This document shows positions 1 through 9,164 of a stretch of 36,156 nucleotides of DNA, piece by piece. The position numbers and the translations under genes are program-made. The notes beneath the pieces were generated by a model, which was not told the DNA's origin, searched no databases, and worked only from the letters and a program-made list of their open reading frames with translations. The first letter of the stretch is position 1, and each line of letters begins with the position of its first letter. The stretch covers positions 1 to 36,156 of IMG/VR virus record IMGVR_UViG_3300010052_000175. One strand, given 5' to 3'. The DNA is from a virus. Taxonomy: Duplodnaviria > Caudoviricetes.

Positions 1-447
1 ATGACCGATCGGCTGAAATGGGAGCGTGACGGAAGCGGCGGGCTTCGCGCCGAATTTGAGGGCGGCCACGCTACGATCTCGCTCGACGTAGCCACCGGCC
101 GGCGCCGCTGGTTCGTCAAGGTGGGAAAGGCGATGGGAAGCGATGTCGCAGCCAACACGCAGCACGCCTCCGACCGCGCCAACGAAGTCCTTCCCCGGCT
201 AAAGGTGATGGCCGCGCAAATACAAGCCGAGGAGGAGCGCAGGGCCGCCATCCTCGCCAAGATCGACCAGGTGACGACTGAGGCCGACCCCGACGTTGGA
301 TCGATCTTCTCGATAGCCGCTGCGGATAAGGAAAATCTGGCCTGGATGATGGACCAGGTCCGGCCCCGGACGCGAACCCCGGGGCTCAACAAGCTGATCG
401 ATGCGCTGTCGCGTGAACTCTACAAGTTCAGGACGGGGAAGCGATGA
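1..447 (+). CDS. hypothetical protein (148 aa), first gene of inward-pointing terminal operon
   Basis: Protein-like composition; ATGA overlap with next gene. Confidence 0.7.
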   Translation: MTDRLKWERDGSGGLRAEFEGGHATISLDVATGRRRWFVKVGKAMGSDVAANTQHASDRANEVLPRLKVMAAQIQAEEERRAAILAKIDQVTTEADPDVGSIFSIAAADKENLAWMMDQVRPRTRTPGLNKLIDALSRELYKFRTGKR

Positions 448-725
448 AGTTCAAGGTTGGCGACCCGGTAGAGTTTGACGCCACGGTGAAGGGCATCTTT
501 CCCCAGGACGACGACTTGCTGGTGGCGCTGCTGCTCGATGGTGGTGGTCGGCATTCGATGCACGACCGGTGGCTGCGGCGAACCGAAACCGGCCCTTTGT
601 CGGAGGGTGAAGCCGTGACAATCACTGGCAAGGTCTCGAAGGTTTGGGACGACAAGGTAAGCTCGCGGCTCGATGGAAATGGCGAGATTGTCACCTGGCC
701 GACCGAGCACATGCGAAGGGCCTGA
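444..725 (+). CDS. hypothetical protein with two tandem SH3/KOW-like beta-barrel repeats
   Basis: FKVGDPVEFDATVKGI...LDGGG...WLRR is repeated as LSEGEAVTITGKVSKV...LDGNG...HMRR; ATGA coupling to upstream gene. Confidence 0.7.
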   Translation: MKFKVGDPVEFDATVKGIFPQDDDLLVALLLDGGGRHSMHDRWLRRTETGPLSEGEAVTITGKVSKVWDDKVSSRLDGNGEIVTWPTEHMRRA

Positions 726-729
726 ACCC

Positions 730-951
730 ATGCAGTCTACCCCCCTGCCGCCGCCTCCCGACATGCCGAAGGTCGAGTTCATAGAACCCGACCTGGCACG
801 CTGGACCTTTGAGAGTGCCGACCCGGCAACCCATGAGGCCGAGTTCAAGTACTGGCGCGGCTGGTTCGGCTTCGAGGAGTCCGACTGGCCGCACCGGATC
901 GACGGACAGGTATGGTTGGTGCGGAAGGGTGGTCAGGGGCAGGCATCATGA
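730..951 (+). CDS. hypothetical protein (73 aa, MQSTPLPPPPDMPKVEF...)
   Basis: ATG 5 nt after previous stop; Trp/acidic-rich; converges on methylase. Confidence 0.6.
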   Translation: MQSTPLPPPPDMPKVEFIEPDLARWTFESADPATHEAEFKYWRGWFGFEESDWPHRIDGQVWLVRKGGQGQAS

Positions 952-959
952 TGCCTGCC
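938..959. repeat. 22-bp perfect palindrome GGCAGGCATCATGATGCCTGCC spanning two convergent stop codons
   Basis: Direct reading; both flanking proteins end QAS-stop. Confidence 0.9.
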
Positions 960-1752
960 TGATGATCAACTCACGCGCGGCCGTTCCTGCGCCCGAGAGT
1001 GAGTAAGTGAGGGTGGCCTCCTCGGTGTGGAAGCGGCCGAAAATCGAGCGAATCTCTGGAACGTCGTTGATCGACAGGATGAAGCGCCCCTTAAGGGTGG
1101 CTAGCCGATCGGCGATCAGCTCGAACTGGTCGCGGCCGAACAGGGCCTGCCCATAGTCACCCTCGCTGCCCCAGTATGGCGGATCAAGGTAGAACAGGGT
1201 CTCCGGGCGGTCGTACCGATCAATGAACTCGACCCATGGCAGGTTTTCGACGACGACGCCGGCGAGGCGTTCGTGGATGTCTGCCAGCATGGACCCCAGC
1301 TTGTTAAGGTCGAAACGAGCCGGCATGCCCACCGACACCCCGAAGGAGCGGCCTGCGACTTTTCCCCCGAACGCCAGGCGCTGCAGGTAGAGGAAGCGTG
1401 CAGCCCGCTCCAGGTCGGTGAGCGTCGACGGGTCGGAGGCCCGCAACCGCTCGAACTCACGGCGGCCGCTGACCTGGAAGCGCAGGGTATCCATGAACTG
1501 CGGATAGTGGCGCTGCAGGATGCGGAAGAAGTTGGCCACGTCGCCCGAGTAGTCGTTGATGACCTCGGCCTTGGGCTGCGTCGTGCGGCGTAGGAAGACG
1601 CCGCCCATGCCCACAAACACCTCGGCATAGGTGGTGTGCGGGGTGGCGTTGATGAGGCTTACAAGCCGCTTCGAAAGCTGCTTTTTGCCGCCGATGTAGG
1701 CTGCCGGCGTTCGGGTCGGTTCGATCGGCCGGGGATAGTCAGACGAATGCAT
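946..1752 (-). CDS. D12-class (Dam-like) N6-adenine DNA methyltransferase at the Mu mom position
   Basis: YIGGK, motif I EVFVGMGGVF, EVIND, motif IV FYLDPPY, LSIND; last gene of late tail operon. Confidence 0.93.
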   Translation of the reverse strand: MHSSDYPRPIEPTRTPAAYIGGKKQLSKRLVSLINATPHTTYAEVFVGMGGVFLRRTTQPKAEVINDYSGDVANFFRILQRHYPQFMDTLRFQVSGRREFERLRASDPSTLTDLERAARFLYLQRLAFGGKVAGRSFGVSVGMPARFDLNKLGSMLADIHERLAGVVVENLPWVEFIDRYDRPETLFYLDPPYWGSEGDYGQALFGRDQFELIADRLATLKGRFILSINDVPEIRSIFGRFHTEEATLTYSLSGAGTAARELIIRQAS

Positions 1753-1805
1753 GTTCTCTTTTCCAGTGGACTCGATCCACTCTGCGGCGCCCTCGGCCGA
1801 GGAGC

Positions 1806-1892
1806 GGCGGGTGGAGCACTGGCGGTGGTGCTTTGGGGGTTGCTGGCAAGCTCTCCCCCAGCTGAGGCGTTAGCGCGCCTCGGCCGCCCGCC
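1806..1892 (+). ncRNA. candidate four-way-junction structured RNA antisense to the methylase leader
   Basis: Four helices with 0-1 nt linkers; G-U pairs and GNRA loop (GGCA) work only on + strand. Confidence 0.55.
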
Positions 1893-2428
1893 TACTCGGC
1901 GGGCGGGGTCCAGTAGGCTTCCTCTCGGAAGTCAGCGGGAATCGGGTTCATCGCCTCCAGGATGAAGCTGGCGCCCCAGATCGGCTGCCGGAAGGCCGCC
2001 GCCGCGATCAGCACGCCCTGCCACTCCATGGCCGTGAGTTGGACAAGTCCCGTGCCAGTGGCGATGGAGATGAGCGTGGTCGGCTGGCCAGCGTTGATGA
2101 GCGCCTGGGCAAACTTCGTCACCTCGTCCCAGCCGACCATGTCACCTGGCGTGGTGCGGATCAGGTGCACCCCGCGCGCGTCACCGAAGTCATAGTCGAA
2201 GCCCGCGGCCAGGCGCCGGTCGCGCTCGGCGTGAACGTCAGCTGGCAAGACTTTAGGACCAGGCAGGCCGTGGCTGGCCATCACTGCGGCGAGCCGGTCT
2301 TCGGTCTCGATCGCCGTAACCCCGGCGCCTTCGGGCAGCGAGGTCACATAGCCCCCCGCTAGACTGGACCAGTATCGGTCGTCGCCATCGACGGACCAAT
2401 ACCAGTCGCTGATCGAAAAGAGCTTCAT
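1892..2428 (-). CDS. DUF4376-like tail fibre-associated protein
   Basis: VHAERDRRLAAGFDY...VQLTAMEWQ pattern; directly follows tail fibre. Confidence 0.7.
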   Translation of the reverse strand: MKLFSISDWYWSVDGDDRYWSSLAGGYVTSLPEGAGVTAIETEDRLAAVMASHGLPGPKVLPADVHAERDRRLAAGFDYDFGDARGVHLIRTTPGDMVGWDEVTKFAQALINAGQPTTLISIATGTGLVQLTAMEWQGVLIAAAAFRQPIWGASFILEAMNPIPADFREEAYWTPPAE

Positions 2429-2445
2429 GGATCATCCCCTCCTTC

Positions 2446-5058
2446 TTAGGCGTACAGGCCGTATGGCGCCGAGCCGAAGTTCGTCCCGGTGCCGTTCGAG
2501 CTGCCTGGGAAGTAGGCGTTAATGGTCGAGCCGTTGGTGAAGATTGTCGCCGCCTGCGACACGTAGTGGCGAGCGCCGGTCGCCGCGCCGTTGAAGGTGT
2601 TGCCCGCCGCTGCAAGCAAGGAATTCAGCTGGGCGGTTGCGAATGCGAAGCCGAAGGCAGGTGTGCCGACGATCGTCAGGGTCAGTCCATTGATGTTGGC
2701 GTACGAGAAGTAGCTCGATGACACGTGCACCGTCGCGCCGCCGCTGGTTGTGTAGCTGCTCAGCCCCTGGATAGAGCCCCGCTGAATGGAGCTGATGTGT
2801 GTGCCGGCGCAGGCGCCAAAGTTCACATTGCCGAACCGGATCAAAGAGCCGCCTTCCGAGTGCAGACAATCACCGCCGGTGGTCGTTTGCATCTTCAGGT
2901 CGAGAATGTCCCAGGGCGTGTAAAGGCCATTGGCGCTGAAGCAGTCCGCCGAGGTGGTGCTGATCACCACATTGGCCGGTGTTGTGGTGTTCCCCCTGAT
3001 AATGCACTTGCCCGCGGCAGCTACTCCGACGACGTTTGCCAAGCCCGTCGCGTCGCCATAGACCCCATCGGCGATGGGCACGGTGATCGCGAAGCCGTTG
3101 GCGTCGAGCGCGGCGGCGAGGTTGACTGCCTTCTGGATGGTGAGGAGAGCGCCCCCAGGTGTGTTTGTCAGACCGTCGTTGCTGTCCGATCCCGTTCGCG
3201 CGTTGATCGTCCCCTCAGTCGACCCGGTGGTGTTGATTGCCGCTCCGCCGGAGGTCGCCGAAAAGCGAAACGTGTCGGCGGTGAGGCCGGCCGCGAGGAC
3301 GAAGTAGTTCTGGCCGGCGACGACGCCGGTAGGCAGGGTCCCCGACGCCTCGGTGAAGTGGCTCCCGGACTGCGTGCCGGTGGTGTTGATCGCCGCACCG
3401 CCCACGGTAGCCGCGAACCGAAAGCTGTCGGCCGTCAAGCCGGCGGCGATCACGTAGTAGGTTGTGCCCGCGACAGCGCCAGTGGGTAGTGCTCCGGTGG
3501 TGCCGAACTTGAAGGGCTGGCCAGCCGCCCAGCCGTGGGCGACGCGGGTAACAACACCAGGCGTGGCGATGGTAATCGTCGACGCCTTGGTGTGGGGAGG
3601 GATCGCGAACGACACACGACTGTTGGCGACGAGGCCATGGGCAACCTTCGTAACCACGCCGGGTGTTGCGATTGAGATCGCCACTGCCCCCATGTCGTAG
3701 CCGACGAAAAGCGTCCGGTCGGCAGTGAGCCGCTCGCGAGCATTGAGCGCGCGGGGAGCGAAGTAGGCCACCACGTGCCAGTTGGCGCCATCCGATCGAA
3801 ACCGCACCTCCTCATATCGTTCGTCGAGGACGAAGGTGGCCGCGCCGTCGATCGTCTCGGCGCCGTTTGGGTCGATCGTGATGGCATTGGCCGAGGCGTC
3901 GGTCTTTTTGACCGAAATTTCGAACTTGTCTCCCAGGGTCGCTGCTGCAGTGAGCGACAGCGTAAAGGCGCCGGCGCTGGCGTCGGCTAGAATGAGGCTG
4001 CCGGCGTTTGCCGCGACGACAGTGTAGGCCGCGGTCTTGGTCAGCAGGCCCCCAACCGCAGAGCCGCGGAAATGGCTGCGCAGCAGCGCGCCGTTGCCCG
4101 AGATCATGGCGCTCTCGGAGGTCGAGAGCATCAGGCTGGCGACTCCATCGATCGTCTCGGCCGCGTCCGGATCGATGGTCAGCGGACCGGCGCCGACGTT
4201 CTTGAACATCCCGAGCCATTTGGTGCCTAGCGACGCCACCGGATCAAAGTTGAAGGTCACGCCGCCGGCGCGATCGGCGATGAAGATTTTGCCGTTGTCG
4301 GCTGCGCTGATGGTGCGGCTGGCGGCTGTGACGATCTCCTCGTTGGCGCTCAGCACCCCATCGTTGCCAGTGGCGCCCTTGGAGGCCGACAGCTCCCAGC
4401 GCCCCGCGGCCAGGTCGGTGGCAAAGTCGCCTGCCACGTGCGCGACCTTGCAGATGTAGCTGGAGCCACTGCGCTCCGCCGCATCTTTGACCGCATAGAC
4501 CGTCGTGGTCACCCAGGCGCCGCGCCAGTTGCCGATGACGCCGGACGGGCCCGTCTGCCCCACCGCGCCCTGGAGCTGCTGGCCAGCGTCCCAGTCTCCT
4601 GGCGTGGCAGTCTGCTTGATGTAGACGGTCCAAACACCGGTTACGCCGTCACCGTCGAGCGACAGGAAGATGTAACCCTTCGTCTGGCCATCAAAGGCAG
4701 CTCGATCGGCGAAGTCGCCGAACGCGTTGGGCTGGATGCCGAGGTTGGCCAACTGCCCCAGGCGTTCCAGATAGCGGCGGGTCTGAGCCGTACTGCGAGC
4801 GCCGTCCTCAACGAACCGCACTTCGTACGGCGCCGCTGCCATAGTGGTGCCTGGCCAGCCTACCCACAGCTCGGCGGTGCCGGCTACATAGTCGATGTCA
4901 GCAAGCCGCTGCCCCGGGATGAGGGGTTGTGCTGGGTCGAGGTAAAGGTCGCCGGGCTTGATAGCGGGCTCGTCCTTGCTGCCAAGCATCGCGCCCGCGA
5001 ACGTGATGGTAGTGGTGCCGCTGGTAACGGACGCGGTGCCGGTGGCATGGAAGGTCAT
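2446..5058 (-). CDS. tail fibre / receptor-binding protein (870 aa), modular
   Basis: N-terminal GTASVTSGTTTIT anchor, CBM5/12-like WRGAWVTTTVYAVKD motif, two TIDPxxAETIDG repeats, GSDSNDG...TIQKA beta-helix start. Confidence 0.85.
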   Translation of the reverse strand: MTFHATGTASVTSGTTTITFAGAMLGSKDEPAIKPGDLYLDPAQPLIPGQRLADIDYVAGTAELWVGWPGTTMAAAPYEVRFVEDGARSTAQTRRYLERLGQLANLGIQPNAFGDFADRAAFDGQTKGYIFLSLDGDGVTGVWTVYIKQTATPGDWDAGQQLQGAVGQTGPSGVIGNWRGAWVTTTVYAVKDAAERSGSSYICKVAHVAGDFATDLAAGRWELSASKGATGNDGVLSANEEIVTAASRTISAADNGKIFIADRAGGVTFNFDPVASLGTKWLGMFKNVGAGPLTIDPDAAETIDGVASLMLSTSESAMISGNGALLRSHFRGSAVGGLLTKTAAYTVVAANAGSLILADASAGAFTLSLTAAATLGDKFEISVKKTDASANAITIDPNGAETIDGAATFVLDERYEEVRFRSDGANWHVVAYFAPRALNARERLTADRTLFVGYDMGAVAISIATPGVVTKVAHGLVANSRVSFAIPPHTKASTITIATPGVVTRVAHGWAAGQPFKFGTTGALPTGAVAGTTYYVIAAGLTADSFRFAATVGGAAINTTGTQSGSHFTEASGTLPTGVVAGQNYFVLAAGLTADTFRFSATSGGAAINTTGSTEGTINARTGSDSNDGLTNTPGGALLTIQKAVNLAAALDANGFAITVPIADGVYGDATGLANVVGVAAAGKCIIRGNTTTPANVVISTTSADCFSANGLYTPWDILDLKMQTTTGGDCLHSEGGSLIRFGNVNFGACAGTHISSIQRGSIQGLSSYTTSGGATVHVSSSYFSYANINGLTLTIVGTPAFGFAFATAQLNSLLAAAGNTFNGAATGARHYVSQAATIFTNGSTINAYFPGSSNGTGTNFGSAPYGLYA

Positions 5059-5068
5059 TGGTCGCTCC

Positions 5069-5887
5069 TTAGCTGCGACGGCCGAAGTATCCCCGCACGT
5101 CGACGCTGTAGACCGACCGGTAGTTGGTCGGGTCGGCGACGACGGGGAATGAGCCGAGAGTGGGGTGTCGATCGACGTAGTCGGGCGGATTGTAGGTGAG
5201 CGGGCTGCCGGTGCTGAGCGTGCGCGTCACGATGGTGGCGGCCGAGGTCCACACCGGAACCCCCGACCCGTTCACTTCGAAGAAAATGCCGCCGCTGCCT
5301 TCAACGCGGCGCGCGAACAGCGACGATGGCGGGGTGATGCCGAAGGTGTTGCCCGCACCGCCGACCTTCGGTCCAACCGACTGCTGCAGCACCAGGCGCA
5401 GCTTGCCGCCCTCGATCACCAGGTGAAGCAGGCGGGTAAGCCCCATGCTGCCCTCCAGCCACCCGGAACCATTCCACGGTATCCAGGAGTTGACCGGCGG
5501 CAACGGGTTGAGCGTCACACCCCACCACTGGTGCGTGGGGTTCGTCGTGCGGTTCAGGCGCACCCAGCCGATGAAGATGTCTGCGCCGGCAGGCGCATCG
5601 ACCAAGTCCTGGGCAGTCTCCAAGTCCCCCGAGTTCCGGCAGTACCAGGTCTGTGTCGTCTGTCGTTGCAGGTACTCGTCGGTGCTCACGTCGATCACCA
5701 CCTGCTGGAAGCCCTTCCAGCCCCGTATCTCGCCCTTCGGCGGGTCGGGATAATCGACAGTTATGCCGGTGAAGGTATGGAGCGTCGGAATGAGGTTGAT
5801 CAACGTGCCGTCAGTCGTGGCGACGACGCGAGCGCCGTTCACGATGCGCAGCCGCTTGGCAACGGGATCGACCACGAACCCCTTCAT
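5069..5887 (-). CDS. putative minor tail protein (272 aa)
   Basis: Beta-rich ORF coupled (ATGA) within tail operon. Confidence 0.65.
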   Translation of the reverse strand: MKGFVVDPVAKRLRIVNGARVVATTDGTLINLIPTLHTFTGITVDYPDPPKGEIRGWKGFQQVVIDVSTDEYLQRQTTQTWYCRNSGDLETAQDLVDAPAGADIFIGWVRLNRTTNPTHQWWGVTLNPLPPVNSWIPWNGSGWLEGSMGLTRLLHLVIEGGKLRLVLQQSVGPKVGGAGNTFGITPPSSLFARRVEGSGGIFFEVNGSGVPVWTSAATIVTRTLSTGSPLTYNPPDYVDRHPTLGSFPVVADPTNYRSVYSVDVRGYFGRRS

Positions 5888-6729
5888 GGCGCCTGCACCT
5901 GGATGGCACCGTCACCGGTGAAGGTGCCGTTGTAGGAGTAAGGGTCACTGGGCGGCTGGGCGCCGTCGAGAAATCTGACCGTCGCCGTGTTGGGGATCGG
6001 GTCGAAGATAGTGCCGTCTGGCGCGACGAACCGCGGGGCGCCGCGTTTGGCGTCCATCGTCCGACCATAGGCGAGCCCGAAGGGCGAACCTCCAGGCACC
6101 ACCTGCAGGTATCGCCGCGCCGAATTGAACGTGTCCCTGCCGAGCGAGAGCACACCGGTGGCCGGATCGAACTCACGGAGCATCGTCCCCGAAGGCGCCC
6201 TCGCCTGACGAATGACCAGGACCCGATAGGACCGCGTGACGGCCGGCAAACCGCTAATGGCGCGGGTACGATACTCGTGCAGCCTGACCTTGGTGGAGGT
6301 GACAAACGGGCAGCAGTAGCGGCCAGAGCCGTTGGTCACCGGCGCATTCTGGACAGCGTAACCCGGCGTAAGGATGTCGTCGCCGAGCGCAACGAGCACG
6401 AGCGGTTCATAGCCTAGCCCGTGCGTCACCAGGTCGAAGTCGACTTGGGTTGTGTCGGTGTCGTAGCGGTCGGTCGCGGCGGTGCCAGGATCGAACTCAC
6501 CAGATGCCGAAGCAAAGGCGGCGTGGTTGATGTCTACCGTCTGGTCGAGCACGACCTCCATGTTGTCGAGCTGGTTGTGCAGGTAGACGTTGGCGAGCCA
6601 GCTCTCGGGGAACCGAGCGGGCCGGTTGCGCAGCGAGGTGATGTCCTTCGGGTCGCCACCACCCGGCGCTTCGTCGAAGAGAGCGACGACGCCGGCTGCC
6701 GGGAACTCGCGGTATGCGGTCATCGGCAT
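5884..6729 (-). CDS. putative minor tail protein (281 aa)
   Basis: Beta-rich ORF between tail tip and fibre genes. Confidence 0.65.
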   Translation of the reverse strand: MPMTAYREFPAAGVVALFDEAPGGGDPKDITSLRNRPARFPESWLANVYLHNQLDNMEVVLDQTVDINHAAFASASGEFDPGTAATDRYDTDTTQVDFDLVTHGLGYEPLVLVALGDDILTPGYAVQNAPVTNGSGRYCCPFVTSTKVRLHEYRTRAISGLPAVTRSYRVLVIRQARAPSGTMLREFDPATGVLSLGRDTFNSARRYLQVVPGGSPFGLAYGRTMDAKRGAPRFVAPDGTIFDPIPNTATVRFLDGAQPPSDPYSYNGTFTGDGAIQVQAP

Positions 6730-6731
6730 GA

Positions 6732-9164
6732 TCAGGTCTCGATCGTCGTGCCGAAGTAGCCGGTCTCACCATCGATATCGATGATGGGCGTGCCGTCCGT
6801 ATTCTCGGCGATGCTGCGGAGCCTGCGGAAGCGCAGCTCCTGGAGGGTGGCGTTGCCGTCTTCAAAGACGATCGGCTGCACCGTGTTGCCGCTGCCGGTG
6901 TCCATGAACACGATCTGGTTGGCGTCGAAGGCCCACCGGGTGGGCTCGCCGATATCGGAGGGAACCTGACCGAACATGGTGGCAAAGCGCGGGATGCCGT
7001 CATTGCCATAGAGCTGCAGAGCATACTGCACGTCGTAGCCGGCCGGCCCGGCCTGGGCGACCCAGCGCACCCTGATCTCGGCTTCGTTGCCGCCCATTGC
7101 CGCATAGGCGGTCTCGACCTTCTGGGCGATGGCGCTGGTCGGGCCGGTGGCGACCTCGATCGCTTCCAGGTAGCCGGCCGTAGCGGCTTCGAACCGCGAC
7201 ACGATCTCGCGGGAGAGCGTCAGCCTATCGTTGTAGTTCGCCAGGTCCTGTTCCTCGATCAGCGTGCCGAGCTGCTGGAACCGGGTCCGCAACGAGCGAA
7301 AGCCGCCGACGAAGTCGTTCAGCTTCTGCAGGATTTCGGCGCCTATCTCGTCGAGCTCAAGGCTGATGTCGGATGCGCCGAGCCGTACGTCTGGGGTGGT
7401 CACCGCCAGCCAGGGACCATCGACCACGTCACCACCGACGATCTCCTGATTTGACCATAGGGTGTCGCGACCAGAGAACGGCACATACTTGCCGCGCAGC
7501 TCCACGGCCGACCCCGGCAGGAAGGTGCCGTTGAGGATCACCGGCAACTCGTCCGGCGTAAGGTCCGCATACGGGATCTCGCCATCGAACATCGGCGCTA
7601 CTGCACCGGCGAGGCGCACCTGGACGCGCACGGCGCGCACGTCGACCAAGCCGAGGTCGAAGCCGATCGAGATTGAGGGCCGACGATCGTTGCCGTCATT
7701 GTCTTTCAGCACTGCCGGTAGAGCCTGCCAGCCGGTCATCACCTGCGGCGCCGGCCGAGCGATAACCAGCGGCGCCGTGTCGAATGGCCGCTCATCAGTG
7801 CCGGGGTTCCAGCTGTAGTCGGCCGGGTCCTGTTCCTTGATACCCACGAACTGGTTGCCGTTGGGCAGGTCATCCATGACGGTGATAAGGAACACCTTGG
7901 CCGCATAGCCGTTGCGCGCCGATGTCCAGGCAGCGGTGTCCAACACCTCGTACTCCCACCACTCGGGCGGCATCGTGTTGGTGTGGTTGCGCCAGCGGCG
8001 GTCCTCAAGATGCATGGCTTGCATCAGCCTTTGCACTTGGGTGCCAACGTAGACCATCGGAAACGACACCTCGGCCGGCAGGCGACGGTTGTCGTCATCT
8101 GCCTCGAGCGCTGGCTTACGAAGGGCCGGTGCATCCTTCATGCCCCACTTCTCGGCGGGCTCCGGATAGGTCGCGCTGACCCCGTTGAACGTGCTTTCAA
8201 GGCCCGGGAACGGGTCGAAGTTCTGCCCCTCGGTTACGAGGATATCCTCGTCTGTGAAGCTCACCACCGGCGCCGCCGGCGCCCCGACGAGTATCTTGTA
8301 GACGCCACCGATCTCGGCAATGCGGCCCGAGCACGAGTTGAGCAGCTCGGTGATGACCTCAATCGGCTGCTGATCGACGGTGATCTCGGCGCCGGCGCGA
8401 AACTGCTTTTCGGTCCCGCCGGCGGCGAGAGCGATCGGCAAATTGCACTTGGCAATTTCGGGGTCCCAAGTCGCTGCCGGAGTGCGGGTGGCGGGTAGAC
8501 CCTGCAGGCCCCACACCCACTCCCCGTCATAGGTGAAGCCGTGCAGTGTCTTGCGAACGAAGGCTGCCGGCGCATCGTTCAGGTCGGCATCGCCCAGGTC
8601 GTAGCCGTCGACCTCGGCGAAGTACTCAGGGAAGCCCGAGAACAACTCACGGTTCACCAGCGCGGTGAAAACACAGTAGGCGACGCCGCGGCCGATCATA
8701 TCGCCCTGCCAGGGCCTGTCGGGGTCGCCCACGAACGCCGCCAGGAGCAGCGGGTCGGCAACGGTCTGGGTGCCGTCGTACATTTTGACCCAAAGGTGAT
8801 CCTTGCCGCCCTTGCGGTACTCGAGCACCGGGTATCCCCGCGCCGGATGCGGGACGGCAGCGAGGGTCACGGCCTCGCCATAGACGTAGAACCGGGCATA
8901 GCCCCGGATGGGCAGATCAGAGAACGAAAGGACGCGGGTGTGAAAGGCGTTGGGTGTGTCGCCAGCACTGCCCCAGGTGCCCTCGTACTCGACGTGCCCG
9001 GCCGAACCGTATCGCCCGACGATGAAGCTCAACGGTTCGTCGCCGCCCATGGTCGCCGAACCGCGGACGCCCGGCTCTTTTTGCTTGGGCGCCGTGGCCT
9101 GCTGGATCAGGCTCGATGCCAGCGAGAGCGCAATGCCGATGACGAGCTGGATCAGCCAGGGCAT
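6732..9164 (-). CDS. tail tip / hub / host-specificity (J-like, phage_tail_3-like) protein
   Basis: N-terminal LVIGIALSLASSL, PLSFIVGRY, FNGVSATYPEPAEKW, C-terminal coiled coil plus FDANQIVF. Confidence 0.85.
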   Translation of the reverse strand: MPWLIQLVIGIALSLASSLIQQATAPKQKEPGVRGSATMGGDEPLSFIVGRYGSAGHVEYEGTWGSAGDTPNAFHTRVLSFSDLPIRGYARFYVYGEAVTLAAVPHPARGYPVLEYRKGGKDHLWVKMYDGTQTVADPLLLAAFVGDPDRPWQGDMIGRGVAYCVFTALVNRELFSGFPEYFAEVDGYDLGDADLNDAPAAFVRKTLHGFTYDGEWVWGLQGLPATRTPAATWDPEIAKCNLPIALAAGGTEKQFRAGAEITVDQQPIEVITELLNSCSGRIAEIGGVYKILVGAPAAPVVSFTDEDILVTEGQNFDPFPGLESTFNGVSATYPEPAEKWGMKDAPALRKPALEADDDNRRLPAEVSFPMVYVGTQVQRLMQAMHLEDRRWRNHTNTMPPEWWEYEVLDTAAWTSARNGYAAKVFLITVMDDLPNGNQFVGIKEQDPADYSWNPGTDERPFDTAPLVIARPAPQVMTGWQALPAVLKDNDGNDRRPSISIGFDLGLVDVRAVRVQVRLAGAVAPMFDGEIPYADLTPDELPVILNGTFLPGSAVELRGKYVPFSGRDTLWSNQEIVGGDVVDGPWLAVTTPDVRLGASDISLELDEIGAEILQKLNDFVGGFRSLRTRFQQLGTLIEEQDLANYNDRLTLSREIVSRFEAATAGYLEAIEVATGPTSAIAQKVETAYAAMGGNEAEIRVRWVAQAGPAGYDVQYALQLYGNDGIPRFATMFGQVPSDIGEPTRWAFDANQIVFMDTGSGNTVQPIVFEDGNATLQELRFRRLRSIAENTDGTPIIDIDGETGYFGTTIET

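Noticed and set aside
938-959. Protelomerase (telRL) site
   Set aside because: Shorter than N15-type sites, lies within coding ends, and no protelomerase gene is present
1806-1892. tRNA gene
   Set aside because: Cloverleaf-like, but stem lengths are wrong and there is no TTC T-loop, 7-nt anticodon loop or D-loop GG; kept as ncRNA candidate only
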